A program made the position numbers and the translations under genes. Under the pieces are notes generated by a model. It was not told the origin of the DNA. It made no database searches and worked only from the letters and a program-made list of their open reading frames with translations. This document shows, one piece after another, positions 40,844 to 50,518 of a stretch of DNA of 64,000 nt (its first letter is position 1; each line of letters begins with the position of its first letter). The stretch comes from Vulcanimicrobiota bacterium (lineage in GTDB: Bacteria; Vulcanimicrobiota; Vulcanimicrobiia; Vulcanimicrobiales; Vulcanimicrobiaceae): contig OY970223.1 of the NCBI GenBank assembly GCA_963714015.1, positions 2,624,001 to 2,688,000 on the forward strand, read 5' to 3'.

Positions 40844-42315
40844 TCATCGCCTGGGATCGGCTCCCTTCGCCGGCGCGCGCACCGGAAAGTCCTCAGCGAT
40901 CGGATACGAGAACGCGTCGCCAAAATGTGTGTTCGTGGCGCCGTCATCCGCCTTCTTGACAAGCGGCTCCGACGTGCCGGGTTTGTAAAACTGCGTATTC
41001 AAGTCGATCGCCAGGTACTTGCAGCGCGGATGAATCACCACGCCGATCTCGCCTAGGCCGTTGACGAGTTTGGCGTTCGTCGCATTGTACCGATTACGCC
41101 GTAGCGGCGCACCCTCCGGAATCCGCCGCGAGATCGCAAGTCCGTAGGCGACGAGCCCCTTACGCAGCGCAACCCAATCCGACTCGCCAGTCTGCCGGCT
41201 GCGCTGATTGCCAGCCGGGTCGCCATAGAGAACCAGGCCGTTGCGCTTTGCGATTTGCAGCGGCAACGGTTCGATTCGCCGAACTCCACCGCGGCATGCT
41301 CGATGCGCGCGTCGCGGATCCGCATTTCGTCCAGCACGTACATGACGATCGCCTGGAAGCCGTTAACCTTGAGGCGGCGCCACTGAAAGAGCACCGTACA
41401 CAGCGGATCGATGTTGAAATCTTGCGACCAGCAGACTTCGCTTTGCGGGTCCCACTCGAGCGCCGGGATTCCGTAATCGCTGGCCATCATCGGCGTCACG
41501 ACGTGCTTGCCACGGCTGAACGACCGCCAGATCTTGCCCTTGCCGATGTCGCCGAAGTTGCCTTTGAGTTCGATGTCGACGAGCTCGGGGTCCATCGTCT
41601 CGAGCAGGGAGCGGATGTACGCCTTCGGCAGAAATGGATTGTCGAAGGTGCTCGACGTGTAGAGTTTCATCGGCGGCGCTTTTGGAGCGTCCGGAGCGCC
41701 TGAGCGTTCGGTCTCCATCACACCGACCAGCGCCATCAAATCGTCGTCGGTCTCGTTCGCGGGCTTGGTCGTGAAGTCAACCAGCCAATGGTCTGTCGTG
41801 TGCGGCGGGTTCGCCGTGACCCACAGTTGCTGGCCGATCTCGCCGTAGATGTGGCGCGTACCGTCGTAACCGCGCAAGCGGCCGAGGAACGTAAGGAACG
41901 CCATCTTTGGCCAGACGTGACCCTCGTCGAGCCATCCGAAGTCGACTTCAAGCGACCGGAACAACTCCCAATCGTCAGCCGTCCAGCATTCGATCTTGGC
42001 GCGGACGAGCCGCGGGCCAACCCACTTCGAGACGATGACGTACTTTTCGCGAATGCGATCGACGTACTCGAAGCCCCAGTGCCGGCACCGGGCGAAGAAC
42101 GTCATCATCGTACCGCTCTTCAACTGTGCGAACGTGTTCGACAGGATGAAGAAACGCGCGAGCGGGTAGCGGATGACCTTCGCAAGCAGTTTGTCGCTGG
42201 CGACGTAGGTCTTACCGGTGCCGACTCCGCCGACATACGCCACGAGGCGGCTCTCGTCGTAGAAGAAATCTTCTTGGGCGGGCAGATGCTTGAGGTTGAT
42301 GACTTCCTGTCGCAT
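40844..42315 (-). CDS. Terminase large subunit, frameshift near 41270
   Basis: Walker A GGVGTGKT, Walker B WLDEG, TANP and DNPFLP; nuclease QDFNIDP, YGDPAG and HFGDAFSY. Confidence 0.93.
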
Positions 42316-42358
42316 CGCCGTCGCGGCACTCCGTGAGCATCACGCTCGGGAAAAATCG

Positions 42359-42733
42359 TTAGCGAGACATCAGGTGCGCAAGAGACCGCCGACGCATTGT
42401 GCGCCGTACTGGCGTGAGCGGCTTCATCTCGCGTTCGACCGATCCGCGCGCCATCTCGAATACGTCCGCCACGCTCACCCGAACAATCAGCGTCTCGATC
42501 TTGCTCGGCAGCACCGCTCCGGATGACTCATCCCGGAACGCCTCCCCGTAGAGCCGTCGGATAACGAGCCCTTCGCAGCCGCAATCGACGCCTTCCGTGA
42601 AGAGCATCGCAACGTCGACCCGTAAGGCCATCGTTTGTCGGCCGGCGGGAATCGCAAGTTCGATCGTGTTCAGCCCGCGCCGCTGCGCATCACGCGCTTT
42701 GCTGTAGGCCGTCTCCATCGTGTCGTACTGCAT
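42359..42733 (-). CDS. Hypothetical protein
   Basis: ORF packed between TerS and TerL. Confidence 0.5.
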   Translation of the reverse strand: MQYDTMETAYSKARDAQRRGLNTIELAIPAGRQTMALRVDVAMLFTEGVDCGCEGLVIRRLYGEAFRDESSGAVLPSKIETLIVRVSVADVFEMARGSVEREMKPLTPVRRTMRRRSLAHLMSR

Positions 42734-43043
42734 CGCGTCTTTCGATTGTGATAGCCGCCGGATATTTCTCGGCTAATTGCTCGAGCAGCAGCAAGACCTC
42801 GTCGACGATCGCCGCACACACCGGCAGATTGTCGCGCCAGGCAATCATGAACCGCGGCAGCTCGGCCGTCTGTTCCACCGCCTCGAGCGCCTCGAGCGCC
42901 TCGAGCACGTGCGCCAGCGTGCGGAGCACGAATGTCATGGCGATGCAGGCATCGCGATTCCACGCGTGGCCCGTCGCGGTAATCCGCCGGACCGGAAACC
43001 CGAAGTCCACCGAATCGACCCGCTCGAGAACGACGGTCGTCAC
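42690..43043 (-). CDS. Hypothetical protein
   Basis: Overlaps the TerS stop (GTGA coupling). Confidence 0.5.
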   Translation of the reverse strand: MTTVVLERVDSVDFGFPVRRITATGHAWNRDACIAMTFVLRTLAHVLEALEALEAVEQTAELPRFMIAWRDNLPVCAAIVDEVLLLLEQLAEKYPAAITIERRDAVRHDGDGLQQSA

Positions 43044-43666
43044 GACGCTTCCTTCGTGGCCATAACCTCGGCCCGATTCGCCGGCGCTATCCGTTCCGTC
43101 CGAATCACCACTTCGACCGGCTCGTTCGTATCGGCACCGTCCGTACTCGCCTCGCCGTTCCCCTTGCCGGCAATCATGCGATTCATCTTTGTCGCCCGTT
43201 CCGCTGCGCTCAGCAACGCGTTCAAAACGTCGGCCTCGGACTGATGCATCCCCGGCACGATCGCGCCGCGCATGTATCGCCGCAACCCGCGCCGCGCCGC
43301 CCGCTGGGCCATGACGCCGAGCTTCGTCTGCTCGAGCAACGGATCAATGTCTTGCTGCTCTTCGTCGATCGGCTCGTCCGGAATGTCACCCGGATCGGTG
43401 TCCGACTTGGGGCGACTTTGCCCGTCCCCCAAGTTCCGCTTTGGAGTGTGTCCACGGCGTTGCGAGAGGTCGATGACGTTTGTTTCTTGCGCGCGCGCGA
43501 TCTTAGGAAGCGGCCATGGATTGCCCGATTTTTGGTCGGCTTTGCGTCGATTGCGAATGGCCTGCTCGGTGGCGCCGTACTTTGCGCTGAGTTCCGCGAA
43601 GCTTCGCACGCGTCCTGACTGGATGTCCGCCCGCATGGCGGCCCAATCGTACCGATCCGTGGACAT
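43040..43666 (-). CDS. Terminase small subunit
   Basis: N-terminal HTH (DWAAMRAD...ELSAKYG..EQAIRNR); AGGAGG RBS; upstream of TerL. Confidence 0.75.
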   Translation of the reverse strand: MSTDRYDWAAMRADIQSGRVRSFAELSAKYGATEQAIRNRRKADQKSGNPWPLPKIARAQETNVIDLSQRRGHTPKRNLGDGQSRPKSDTDPGDIPDEPIDEEQQDIDPLLEQTKLGVMAQRAARRGLRRYMRGAIVPGMHQSEADVLNALLSAAERATKMNRMIAGKGNGEASTDGADTNEPVEVVIRTERIAPANRAEVMATKEAS

Positions 43667-43705
43667 CCCGTCCTCCTTGCGCCCGCGTCGCGCGAGCCTC
43701 CGTTC

Positions 43706-44065
43706 CTACCCTGCGTGAATCGTCACTTTCGGCGTACCGGCAGTGAGCGCAGAGCAGCGCGCCTGAATCATGACGTAACCGCTGACGTCTGCAACCCACA
43801 ACCCGACCGCTGATGCCGACGTAACGGCGGCACCGCCGCTGCTGGGCGTCATCGCAAGCGGATTCCAGTTCTGACCGCCGTCAATCGACACTTCGAACTC
43901 GAACGTGGCTGTGAAGGCGCCCCCGAATTGCTCGATCTGGATCGATGCCGTCTTGGCAAGGCCAGGAAGAGTAATGCCGACGACGGCCGTGGCCGGCGCG
44001 GGATTCGCACTGGCCGATGAAATGATGTCGGCGTAATCGCGAACCTTGTCGATCGCAAATCCCAT
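43706..44065 (-). CDS. Single beta-sandwich virion decoration-like protein
   Basis: FEVSIDGGQNW motif; resembles an internal domain of the 19744 gene. Confidence 0.6.
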   Translation of the reverse strand: MGFAIDKVRDYADIISSASANPAPATAVVGITLPGLAKTASIQIEQFGGAFTATFEFEVSIDGGQNWNPLAMTPSSGGAAVTSASAVGLWVADVSGYVMIQARCSALTAGTPKVTIHAG

Positions 44066-44066
44066 G

Positions 44067-44312
44067 CTATCCTTTCACGGCCGGGTAGAACCCGCAAAAC
44101 TGCCCGCGCGCCGCCAACTCTCGAGCGATCTTACGCTGGTCGCGCGTCTTCGGCCCGAGCAATACGCGGCCGTCAACGGCGTACACCTTCGTGAGGACGA
44201 CATAGGCGCCGTCGATGGGCGGAATGCTCTTCGCCTTCATGGCCTCGACAGCGGCCTCTATGTCGGATGCTCTCGCACTCTTTACTCTCGTCCCTGTGCG
44301 AAGTCTCGACAT
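44067..44312 (-). CDS. Hypothetical basic protein
   Basis: GAGGG RBS; abuts the next gene. Confidence 0.45.
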   Translation of the reverse strand: MSRLRTGTRVKSARASDIEAAVEAMKAKSIPPIDGAYVVLTKVYAVDGRVLLGPKTRDQRKIARELAARGQFCGFYPAVKG

Positions 44313-44483
44313 CCGGCCCTCAGTTTCATCGAAAGTAAAGCATACGCGGTTTCCCTTGGGCGCGTCCCTTCGGGACCGGGCTGTCGTGCCTTCGGCATCG
44401 AGCCCGCAAGCGGTCTCGCCCCTGCGGGCGTCCATCCCTCGCGCGCTCGCCAGCGCCGTCAAAAAAATCTTTTCGCCAGGTAC

Positions 44484-44535
44484 TTGACGGTAACTGTAAC
44501 ACGCGCTATAGTAACTGTAACAGGTAACTGTAACA
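44484..44535 (+). promoter_or_regulatory. Sigma70-type promoter overlapped by three 12-bp direct repeats GTAACTGTAACA
   Basis: TTGACG (44484-89), 17-bp spacer, TATAGT (44507-12); repeats at 44490, 44511 and 44524. Confidence 0.9.
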
Positions 44536-44553
44536 CCAGAAAGGACCGCCGCC

Positions 44554-44745
44554 ATGACCATCCAGATCGAAGTCCGCAACGTCTACGGCCAAATCAAAGT
44601 CTATCCGGCCTGCGAGAAAGCCCGCCACTTCGCCAAGATCGCCGGCACCACGACCCTCACGCACGCCACCCTCAGTGAAATCGAAGCCCTCGGCTACGAG
44701 ATCGTCAACGCCACCGAGTCGCTGAGCTGGAAGCACGCGGCCTAA
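44554..44745 (+). CDS. Small phage protein (63 aa), operon gene 1
   Basis: AAAGGA RBS; strongly biased codon usage. Confidence 0.8.
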   Translation: MTIQIEVRNVYGQIKVYPACEKARHFAKIAGTTTLTHATLSEIEALGYEIVNATESLSWKHAA

Positions 44746-44747
44746 TC

Positions 44748-45005
44748 ATGACGATAGCAAATGCAGTTCGCACCCTCGCCAAGCACGGCGAAGTCAAGCA
44801 CTACGGCGGCAACCCGGAAACGTGGAATGGATTCTGGTTCGTCGAGATCGGTACGGACGCCGTGGAAGTGTTCTCATGCGGCCAGGGACCAGACCGGGAA
44901 GCCGTGATTTCGGTCCGGAGCGCTACGCACGACGGCTGTGGCGCGACCTTCTTCCCCTCGCTGCGCTCAGCCATTCGGTGCGCCTCAAGGACGATGGCAT
45001 CATGA
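44748..45005 (+). CDS. Small phage protein (85 aa), operon gene 2
   Basis: Starts 2 nt after the previous stop. Confidence 0.7.
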   Translation: MTIANAVRTLAKHGEVKHYGGNPETWNGFWFVEIGTDAVEVFSCGQGPDREAVISVRSATHDGCGATFFPSLRSAIRCASRTMAS

Positions 45006-45142
45006 ACACGGTCACCGTAACGCTAACCAGCGCTCAGGCAGCCGCCCTAGCGGAAGCTGCTCAGATGGTCGTCGATGATCTCGACGAGGACGTCCAGGAA
45101 ACACTGAAAACCGCTATCGGCATACTTCAGGAGGCACTATGA
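45002..45142 (+). CDS. Small acidic protein (46 aa), operon gene 3
   Basis: ATGA coupling; MNTVTVTLTSAQAAALAEAAQMVVDDLDEDVQETL. Confidence 0.7.
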   Translation: MNTVTVTLTSAQAAALAEAAQMVVDDLDEDVQETLKTAIGILQEAL

Positions 45143-45324
45143 AACCGCGCGATCTCGCCGACCTTGAGACCATGGTTCACGCCGATGAACTGCGCCTCTC
45201 GCCCGCGTTCATGGCTGACGGCTCCGTCGTCTGGAGACTTATCGCCTACGACCGCTATAACGGCGGATGCTGGTCGGGGCTGCTCGTCGAAATGGGACGG
45301 ACGAATGGCTCTCACACCCGCTGA
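45139..45324 (+). CDS. Small phage protein (61 aa), operon gene 4
   Basis: AGGAGG RBS; ATGA coupling. Confidence 0.65.
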   Translation: MKPRDLADLETMVHADELRLSPAFMADGSVVWRLIAYDRYNGGCWSGLLVEMGRTNGSHTR

Positions 45325-45463
45325 AAAGATGCGCCGACGGCGACAGACGCTCCGAAACAAGGGGCTCTGTACCGTTTGCGGACGCCGTAAGGCCGTCAAG
45401 GGCACCGTCTGCAAGCAGTGTAACGATGAAGCGAAAGAGCGCGTCAAAAAGTCTCGCGCCTAG
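45305..45463 (+). CDS. Small basic Cys4 zinc-finger protein, operon gene 5
   Basis: MALTPAEKMRRRRQTLRNKGLCTVCG...VCKQC; paralog of 3070. Confidence 0.8.
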   Translation: MALTPAEKMRRRRQTLRNKGLCTVCGRRKAVKGTVCKQCNDEAKERVKKSRA

Positions 45464-45849
45464 TCTGCGTCTCGCAATCTGCGTCCGGTCGCCTCGATGA
45501 CTTTGCCCAGCATACTGATCGCCTCCGGCCTCGTCGCCATACTGAACATGTACTTGAGCTTGTCGTCGGAATCCTCAACAATGAGCACCGCGGGCTTACC
45601 CGCTCGAACCGCAGCGATCATCTTGTTGAGATAGGCTTCATCCTCGGGACCGAGCACCGTCGTACCCTGCTCTTTGGCCGTGAATTGGACTCCGGCCGAA
45701 ATCGACTTTAAGAGCTCGTCCGGGTTCGGCTTGTCCATTGGCGCCCTCACCGTTTGGGATAATGTTCGGACCATGTCAGCTCCGCAGCGCTGGCAATCGC
45801 GGCCCGCTGGCCCGATGTGAAAGCTACAGGGCTTCATCGCAGACTCCAA
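45460..45849 (-). CDS. Hypothetical protein (start uncertain)
   Basis: ORF converging on the small-gene operon. Confidence 0.45.
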   Translation of the reverse strand: MESAMKPCSFHIGPAGRDCQRCGADMVRTLSQTVRAPMDKPNPDELLKSISAGVQFTAKEQGTTVLGPEDEAYLNKMIAAVRAGKPAVLIVEDSDDKLKYMFSMATRPEAISMLGKVIEATGRRLRDAD

Positions 45850-45977
45850 AATTGCAGACGCCGCGGCGCGGAGGTGGACGCTGCGGCGTCATCTTCCGCA
45901 AGCGCAGATCGGGCGCCGACAAACCACACGCAGTGCCTGCCGTGGCCGCAGCCTATCGCCCCGCTCGCGAAACCTGC

Positions 45978-46346
45978 CTAGGTGTACGCGTCCTTGACGC
46001 GCACCAGCAACCGGTCTTTGAAGTAATCGCCGGTCACGCTGTTCTTGCCGTGGAACTCCACGACGAATAGTCCGCCGGTCGGCGGCGGGAATTCCGTGCC
46101 TTGCAGCGTCCAGAGCGCCTCGGTTCCATCTTGGCTCGGCGCACAGTTGTACCGATTGGGAGTACTCCCCGCGCCCGACTGCACCGAGTACGGCGCCACC
46201 AATACGTAGACCGACCATCCGGAATCGTTCAGATTGATCGACGGATCGCCAACCGGAAGACCGATGACCTTGCCGGCCTCACCGCAGTAGCACAAGACTG
46301 CGACGGGTTGGCCGTTAACCTCCCCGTACATAGCCGTCGTGCTCAT
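45978..46346 (-). CDS. Beta-rich virion accessory protein
   Basis: GAGG RBS; coupled to the repeat-fibre gene. Confidence 0.55.
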   Translation of the reverse strand: MSTTAMYGEVNGQPVAVLCYCGEAGKVIGLPVGDPSINLNDSGWSVYVLVAPYSVQSGAGSTPNRYNCAPSQDGTEALWTLQGTEFPPPTGGLFVVEFHGKNSVTGDYFKDRLLVRVKDAYT

Positions 46347-46350
46347 GCGA

Positions 46351-48282
46351 TTACCTCACCGGCGATGTCCGCAGCGTAACCTTCGATTGGAACCCGCTCC
46401 TGAGCGTCACGTGGGTTACGAACGACGTCGCTAAACGCGGGATATCGTTGATATTGAACGCAAAGGCAACGCCCGAAGCCGCAGAAACAAGTACTGCACC
46501 GCCTTGCTCAGCGCTGTACGACTGCCCAGCGGCCGCGTCGAACAGTGTCGCTGCACCGCGCGAAAGTATGAGACCGAAGCCGCGCGCCGCCGAGGCGAGC
46601 GCTGCTGCGCCACCGTTGAACCCATGACCAACACCGCTGGCCGCCGATTGCAATACGGCGCTTCCGCGCTGAACAATGACGTTCGCGCCTGCCGCTGCTG
46701 CGGCAAGAACGGCTGCGCCGCCCGAAACGCCCCAGGCGCTGCCGCTCGCATACGCGGCAAGCTCTGCAGCACCGGCAATCGCGTTGACAATGCCATGGCC
46801 GATCGCCGTCGCGGAGAGCACTGCCGCGCCGCGCGCGTGAATGAGATCGTAGCCGGCGGCATGCGACGCTAGGACCGCTGCGCCTTCGAACTGCGAGTTG
46901 GAAAACCCGTGCGCGTACGGCGCGAGCTCCGCTGCACCGGCGCTCAGAACGACGTCGGAACCCGATACAACCCACGACGAGAAGATGAGCGGGATCGAAA
47001 CCGCGCCGGAGTTCGGTAGAACCGCCCAGCCAGCCGAATAGACAATCGCGTGTCCGGCGCCCGCCGAAGCGAGCACCGCTGATCCGGAAGACTGTTGGAC
47101 GACGCCGCCCATGGCATGCGAAGCGAGTTGCGCTCCGCCGGTAGAATAGACGAGACCCCTGCCGGAGGCATTCGCCGCGAGCAACGCTGCGCCGGCACCA
47201 TTGACCTGCGCACCGCCGGATCCGTTCGATCCCAGGACGGCGTACGCCCCGCTATCGACGACGTTATGGCCGCCTGCACCGCTCGCGATCTGCGCCGCGC
47301 CATTCGAATTCCCGAACGCCTTGCCGCTTGCACTCGAAACGAGAACCGCGGCACCGTTTGAATTGCCGTGCGCGGAACCGGAGGCATGCGCAATAATCTG
47401 GGCTGCGCCGACACCGTCGACGATACCGTGGCCGACGGCCGCGTTCGCTAGCGATGCAGCGCCGTTGCTGTTGCCGCGATCGGTCCCCGATGCAGCCGAG
47501 GCGAGGACGGCCGCGCCCTTCGAGTTGCCGTGGTCCGTCCCGCTCGCTGCAGCCGCAAGGACCGCAGATCCTTTGGAGTTGCCGTGCGCGCTGCCGCTCG
47601 CATTTGATGCGAGAACCGCAGAGCCGCTCGATGATGCAACGGCGCCGCCGGGCGCGAGAAGCGCTATCGCTTCGTACGTCGAGTGCGAATGCGTCGCGCT
47701 CCACGTAACTTGCGCTGTGGCGGTTGCGCCAAGCGCGACCAAACTTCCGTCGTACTGCGTCTCGATTTGGCAGTGGCCTGAAGAGGATGCAGTCCCTAAA
47801 TCCGTCCAGCCCGAGCCAACGCCCGAAACCGTCTGGGTCGTATCGACGTCTGCAAACGCCGCAACGGCTTGCGCGTTCGCCGCTGTGCACGTGTTGCTCG
47901 TTATCGTCGCCGGATTGACCGTGCCGGCTTGATTCGCGATCTTCGACCCGGCATCCGGGGAAGAATTGTTGACGCCGCCCCACTCCTCAACGGACCATGC
48001 GGCGTACGACGAACCACCCCACGAGACGGTGCCGAGCGCGGTAGTATCGCCGCTCTGATTCGGACGCCAGTAGATCCCGAGATTGTTCGTCCCGCTCGCG
48101 ACCTTGATCGTCTTCCAGTTCGCATCGCTGAACGTAATCGTTTGCGAGGTCGCGTTGGAGATGAACAGGAACAGCAGGATGCCGTTGCCGAGCGTCGGCG
48201 TTTTGCCTGCGGTCAGGGTGAGCGAAGTGACGGCCGCGGCCGCACCATTCTTGAATGATCCTGGGACGAGGGCAATAGCCAT
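46351..48282 (-). CDS. Gly/Ala-rich repeat fibre-like protein
   Basis: N-terminal beta domain of about 210 aa, then many approximately 18-19 aa G-x-A-V-L-A-S-x-A-x-G repeats. Confidence 0.7.
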   Translation of the reverse strand: MAIALVPGSFKNGAAAAVTSLTLTAGKTPTLGNGILLFLFISNATSQTITFSDANWKTIKVASGTNNLGIYWRPNQSGDTTALGTVSWGGSSYAAWSVEEWGGVNNSSPDAGSKIANQAGTVNPATITSNTCTAANAQAVAAFADVDTTQTVSGVGSGWTDLGTASSSGHCQIETQYDGSLVALGATATAQVTWSATHSHSTYEAIALLAPGGAVASSSGSAVLASNASGSAHGNSKGSAVLAAAASGTDHGNSKGAAVLASAASGTDRGNSNGAASLANAAVGHGIVDGVGAAQIIAHASGSAHGNSNGAAVLVSSASGKAFGNSNGAAQIASGAGGHNVVDSGAYAVLGSNGSGGAQVNGAGAALLAANASGRGLVYSTGGAQLASHAMGGVVQQSSGSAVLASAGAGHAIVYSAGWAVLPNSGAVSIPLIFSSWVVSGSDVVLSAGAAELAPYAHGFSNSQFEGAAVLASHAAGYDLIHARGAAVLSATAIGHGIVNAIAGAAELAAYASGSAWGVSGGAAVLAAAAAGANVIVQRGSAVLQSAASGVGHGFNGGAAALASAARGFGLILSRGAATLFDAAAGQSYSAEQGGAVLVSAASGVAFAFNINDIPRLATSFVTHVTLRSGFQSKVTLRTSPVR

Positions 48283-48297
48283 GCTGCGATGCCCCCG

Positions 48298-48700
48298 TCA
48301 GAATACTACGGCGTGAGATCCTCGGTGAAGCTTGATGCCCGTGTTCGATCCGCCCTGCTGAACCGCTACGGCCGAACCAAACGTGCGATGGTACAAGCAG
48401 TTTCCGCCCGTTAGCGCATCGTAGATCGCGACTTCGGTGATGTTGATGGCCGCTCCGGAGTTCGCCGCGTTGATCGTTCCTGTGCATTGCAGCGTGTCGT
48501 TCGCGATGTTCAGGGTCGTGAGCGTCTTCGTCGCGGCCACGCGCGCATAGCCGGCGGTCGTGTCCTCGGTGAACAGTCCGGTATCGGTTGCACCGGCGGT
48601 TCCCGCTCCGGTTCCCCAGGCCAGATACAACGCGATGCCATCGAGATACGCAGCCAATTTGACCGCGCAGGTTTGCGTTACCGCCGCAGACTGCAGCCAT
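48298..48700 (-). CDS. Fibre-anchor-like structural protein (apparent frameshifts at both ends)
   Basis: WGTG...DTGL..E and NITEVAIYDALTGGNCL motifs; GAGGAG RBS at ATG 48700. Confidence 0.6.
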
Positions 48701-48839
48701 GAACTTCTCCTCTTCAGCCTAAAACCTAGACAAATCCGCCGGGCGGGTGATCTTCTGGTTCGCGCGCGAACGCGCCCATACGCTCGAGAATCTCTACAGC
48801 CAGCGCGACGAGCACAACGGCAAGAACGAACCAGCGCAT

Positions 48840-49025
48840 TTAGCACTCCTCGTCCGGATCGGCAACGTGCGGCAACGGCTTCGAATCACGACAGCTCACA
48901 AGCGCGATCGCCCAGCCCGCCGCAGTTCTTGTCCGGACGAGGTAGCCTTCCGACGTCCGGTCATACACCTGCCATCCCGCTCGCAAGGCTTCAGAAAGCG
49001 ACCTAAATACGAGAATCCCTGGCAT
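48840..49025 (-). CDS. Small hypothetical protein
   Basis: GAGG RBS; MPGILVFRSLSEALRAGWQVYDRTSEGYLVRTRT. Confidence 0.6.
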   Translation of the reverse strand: MPGILVFRSLSEALRAGWQVYDRTSEGYLVRTRTAAGWAIALVSCRDSKPLPHVADPDEEC

Positions 49026-49033
49026 TAGCAACC

Positions 49034-49522
49034 TCACGCTTTCGCGATGTGGAACCAACTGCTTCCGCGAATTATTTTGCGTAGGTGACCCGGAGAAAGC
49101 CCGTACAGTGACGCGATCTCAGCCGTCTTAACGGTCTTCGCTAAGTCACGAATTCGAGCGACGTCGGCGTCGCTGATCTTGGCGGTATGACAACGAGCAC
49201 CGTGTACGTGGCGCATTTTATCATTGCGATCTTTTGCGTTCACAAGAGCATCGCCAAGGAAAAGGTGGTCCGGATTAAGACACGGCGGATTATCGCATGT
49301 GTGGCATATCTCGAAGCCTGCAGTCTTAACCTCAGGGTTAGCCAAGGCAAACGCTATCCGATGAGCCTTGTACATCGAGCCACGGATCTTGACGGCTCCG
49401 TATCCGTTGCTAAATCGAGCCCCAGACCACTCCCAGCAGCCCGCAGTCTTTCCTACTTTCGACCAAAAGCGCGCGAGTTCGGCATCGTCAAGGAGCGGGC
49501 TCTCCTTCCCGGTTGCCGGCAT
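49034..49522 (-). CDS. HNH homing endonuclease-like protein
   Basis: CWEWSG, AHRIAF and CHTCDNPPCLNPDHL..G....N motifs plus C-terminal HTH. Confidence 0.92.
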   Translation of the reverse strand: MPATGKESPLLDDAELARFWSKVGKTAGCWEWSGARFSNGYGAVKIRGSMYKAHRIAFALANPEVKTAGFEICHTCDNPPCLNPDHLFLGDALVNAKDRNDKMRHVHGARCHTAKISDADVARIRDLAKTVKTAEIASLYGLSPGHLRKIIRGSSWFHIAKA

Positions 49523-49805
49523 ACCGTGCTCCTATAGAAAATCTGAAAAGTGCCAGCTTTGAGCGCGTCGGCGAGCGACTTGAAAACCAGTATCCCGGAC
49601 ATCGGAGCACCCCGCTAGCCGTTGGGCCAGACTTTGTGGATGATCTCTCTAAACACTTTGCCGATCGCTTGATTTTTGCGATCTTGCGTGCGGTAATACC
49701 GCTCGACGTGCGTTACCCGGTCCGACGTCGCCATGGAATGCAGCAGCGCACCGAGCGAAAAGACAAACGTGACGAGCAGGATCGCGACAAACGCCGGATC
49801 GACGC

Positions 49806-50192
49806 TCATATTGAAACTTTACGAGATTCTCGCTCCGCGGTCGCTCGTAACCGCGCGGCCAGCGATTCAAAGAACACGCGGGCTTCGATACCAGCGTTTT
49901 GGACGGCCTCAGACTGAAACGCGAGATACTCGCAGCCGGCCGCAAGAGCGCGAGCAGTGGCCGGATCCGTTGGAAAGGCAACATGAGGCAGCGCAGTGTC
50001 CGCCGGCGTGGACTGAACAATCGCGGGGCTTCGCTTTGGGCGCGCGAGAACCGCGCGGCCTTCGTCGCCACGCCGCTCGGCGCGTCCCGGATCGAATTCG
50101 GTCCAGGGGACGCCGCGATGCTTGACGCACGCGTGCACGCTCAGTGAATTTTCGCTTCCATAGCCGCGCCCGCAAATTCCGCAGATCAACAT
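49806..50192 (-). CDS. C2H2 zinc-finger protein
   Basis: CGICGRGYGSENSLSVHACVKH. Confidence 0.65.
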   Translation of the reverse strand: MLICGICGRGYGSENSLSVHACVKHRGVPWTEFDPGRAERRGDEGRAVLARPKRSPAIVQSTPADTALPHVAFPTDPATARALAAGCEYLAFQSEAVQNAGIEARVFFESLAARLRATAERESRKVSI

Positions 50193-50411
50193 GAGGCACG
50201 GCCTCTCAGCGCGGCGGCAGCGGCGCGCGCAATCTCCTCGACGGTCCGCGTATCGGCGCGTGGCTGTTGAGACGCCGGGACAACAGCATGCTCTTGGGCA
50301 GCCATAGCGGCCCGCGCATTCTCGCACTCGATGGCCTGATACGTCGATTGATTGCGGTAGTGATTCGCCCGCTCCCAACGTACGCGCGCCATAACTGCGA
50401 CTCCCGAAAGC

Positions 50412-50470
50412 AAAAACGCGCTCGGCGTTTCCGCCTGCGCGTTCCTGAATTTACGTATACGTTAAATCAA
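50412..50470 (-). promoter_or_regulatory. AT-rich palindrome followed by terminator-like hairpin
   Basis: ACGTATACGT at 50453-62; aacgcgc-ggcgGAAAcgcc-gcgcg TTTTT at 50412-43. Confidence 0.55.
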
Positions 50471-50518
50471 CCGATGACTCTTGACGCCCAAGATCGTATC
50501 ACACCGGAGATCGGTTGT

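Noticed and set aside
44490..44535. GTAACTGTAACA repeats as a mini CRISPR array
   Set aside because: Repeats are 12 bp with gaps of 9 and 1 nt and overlap a promoter; there are no spacers or cas genes.
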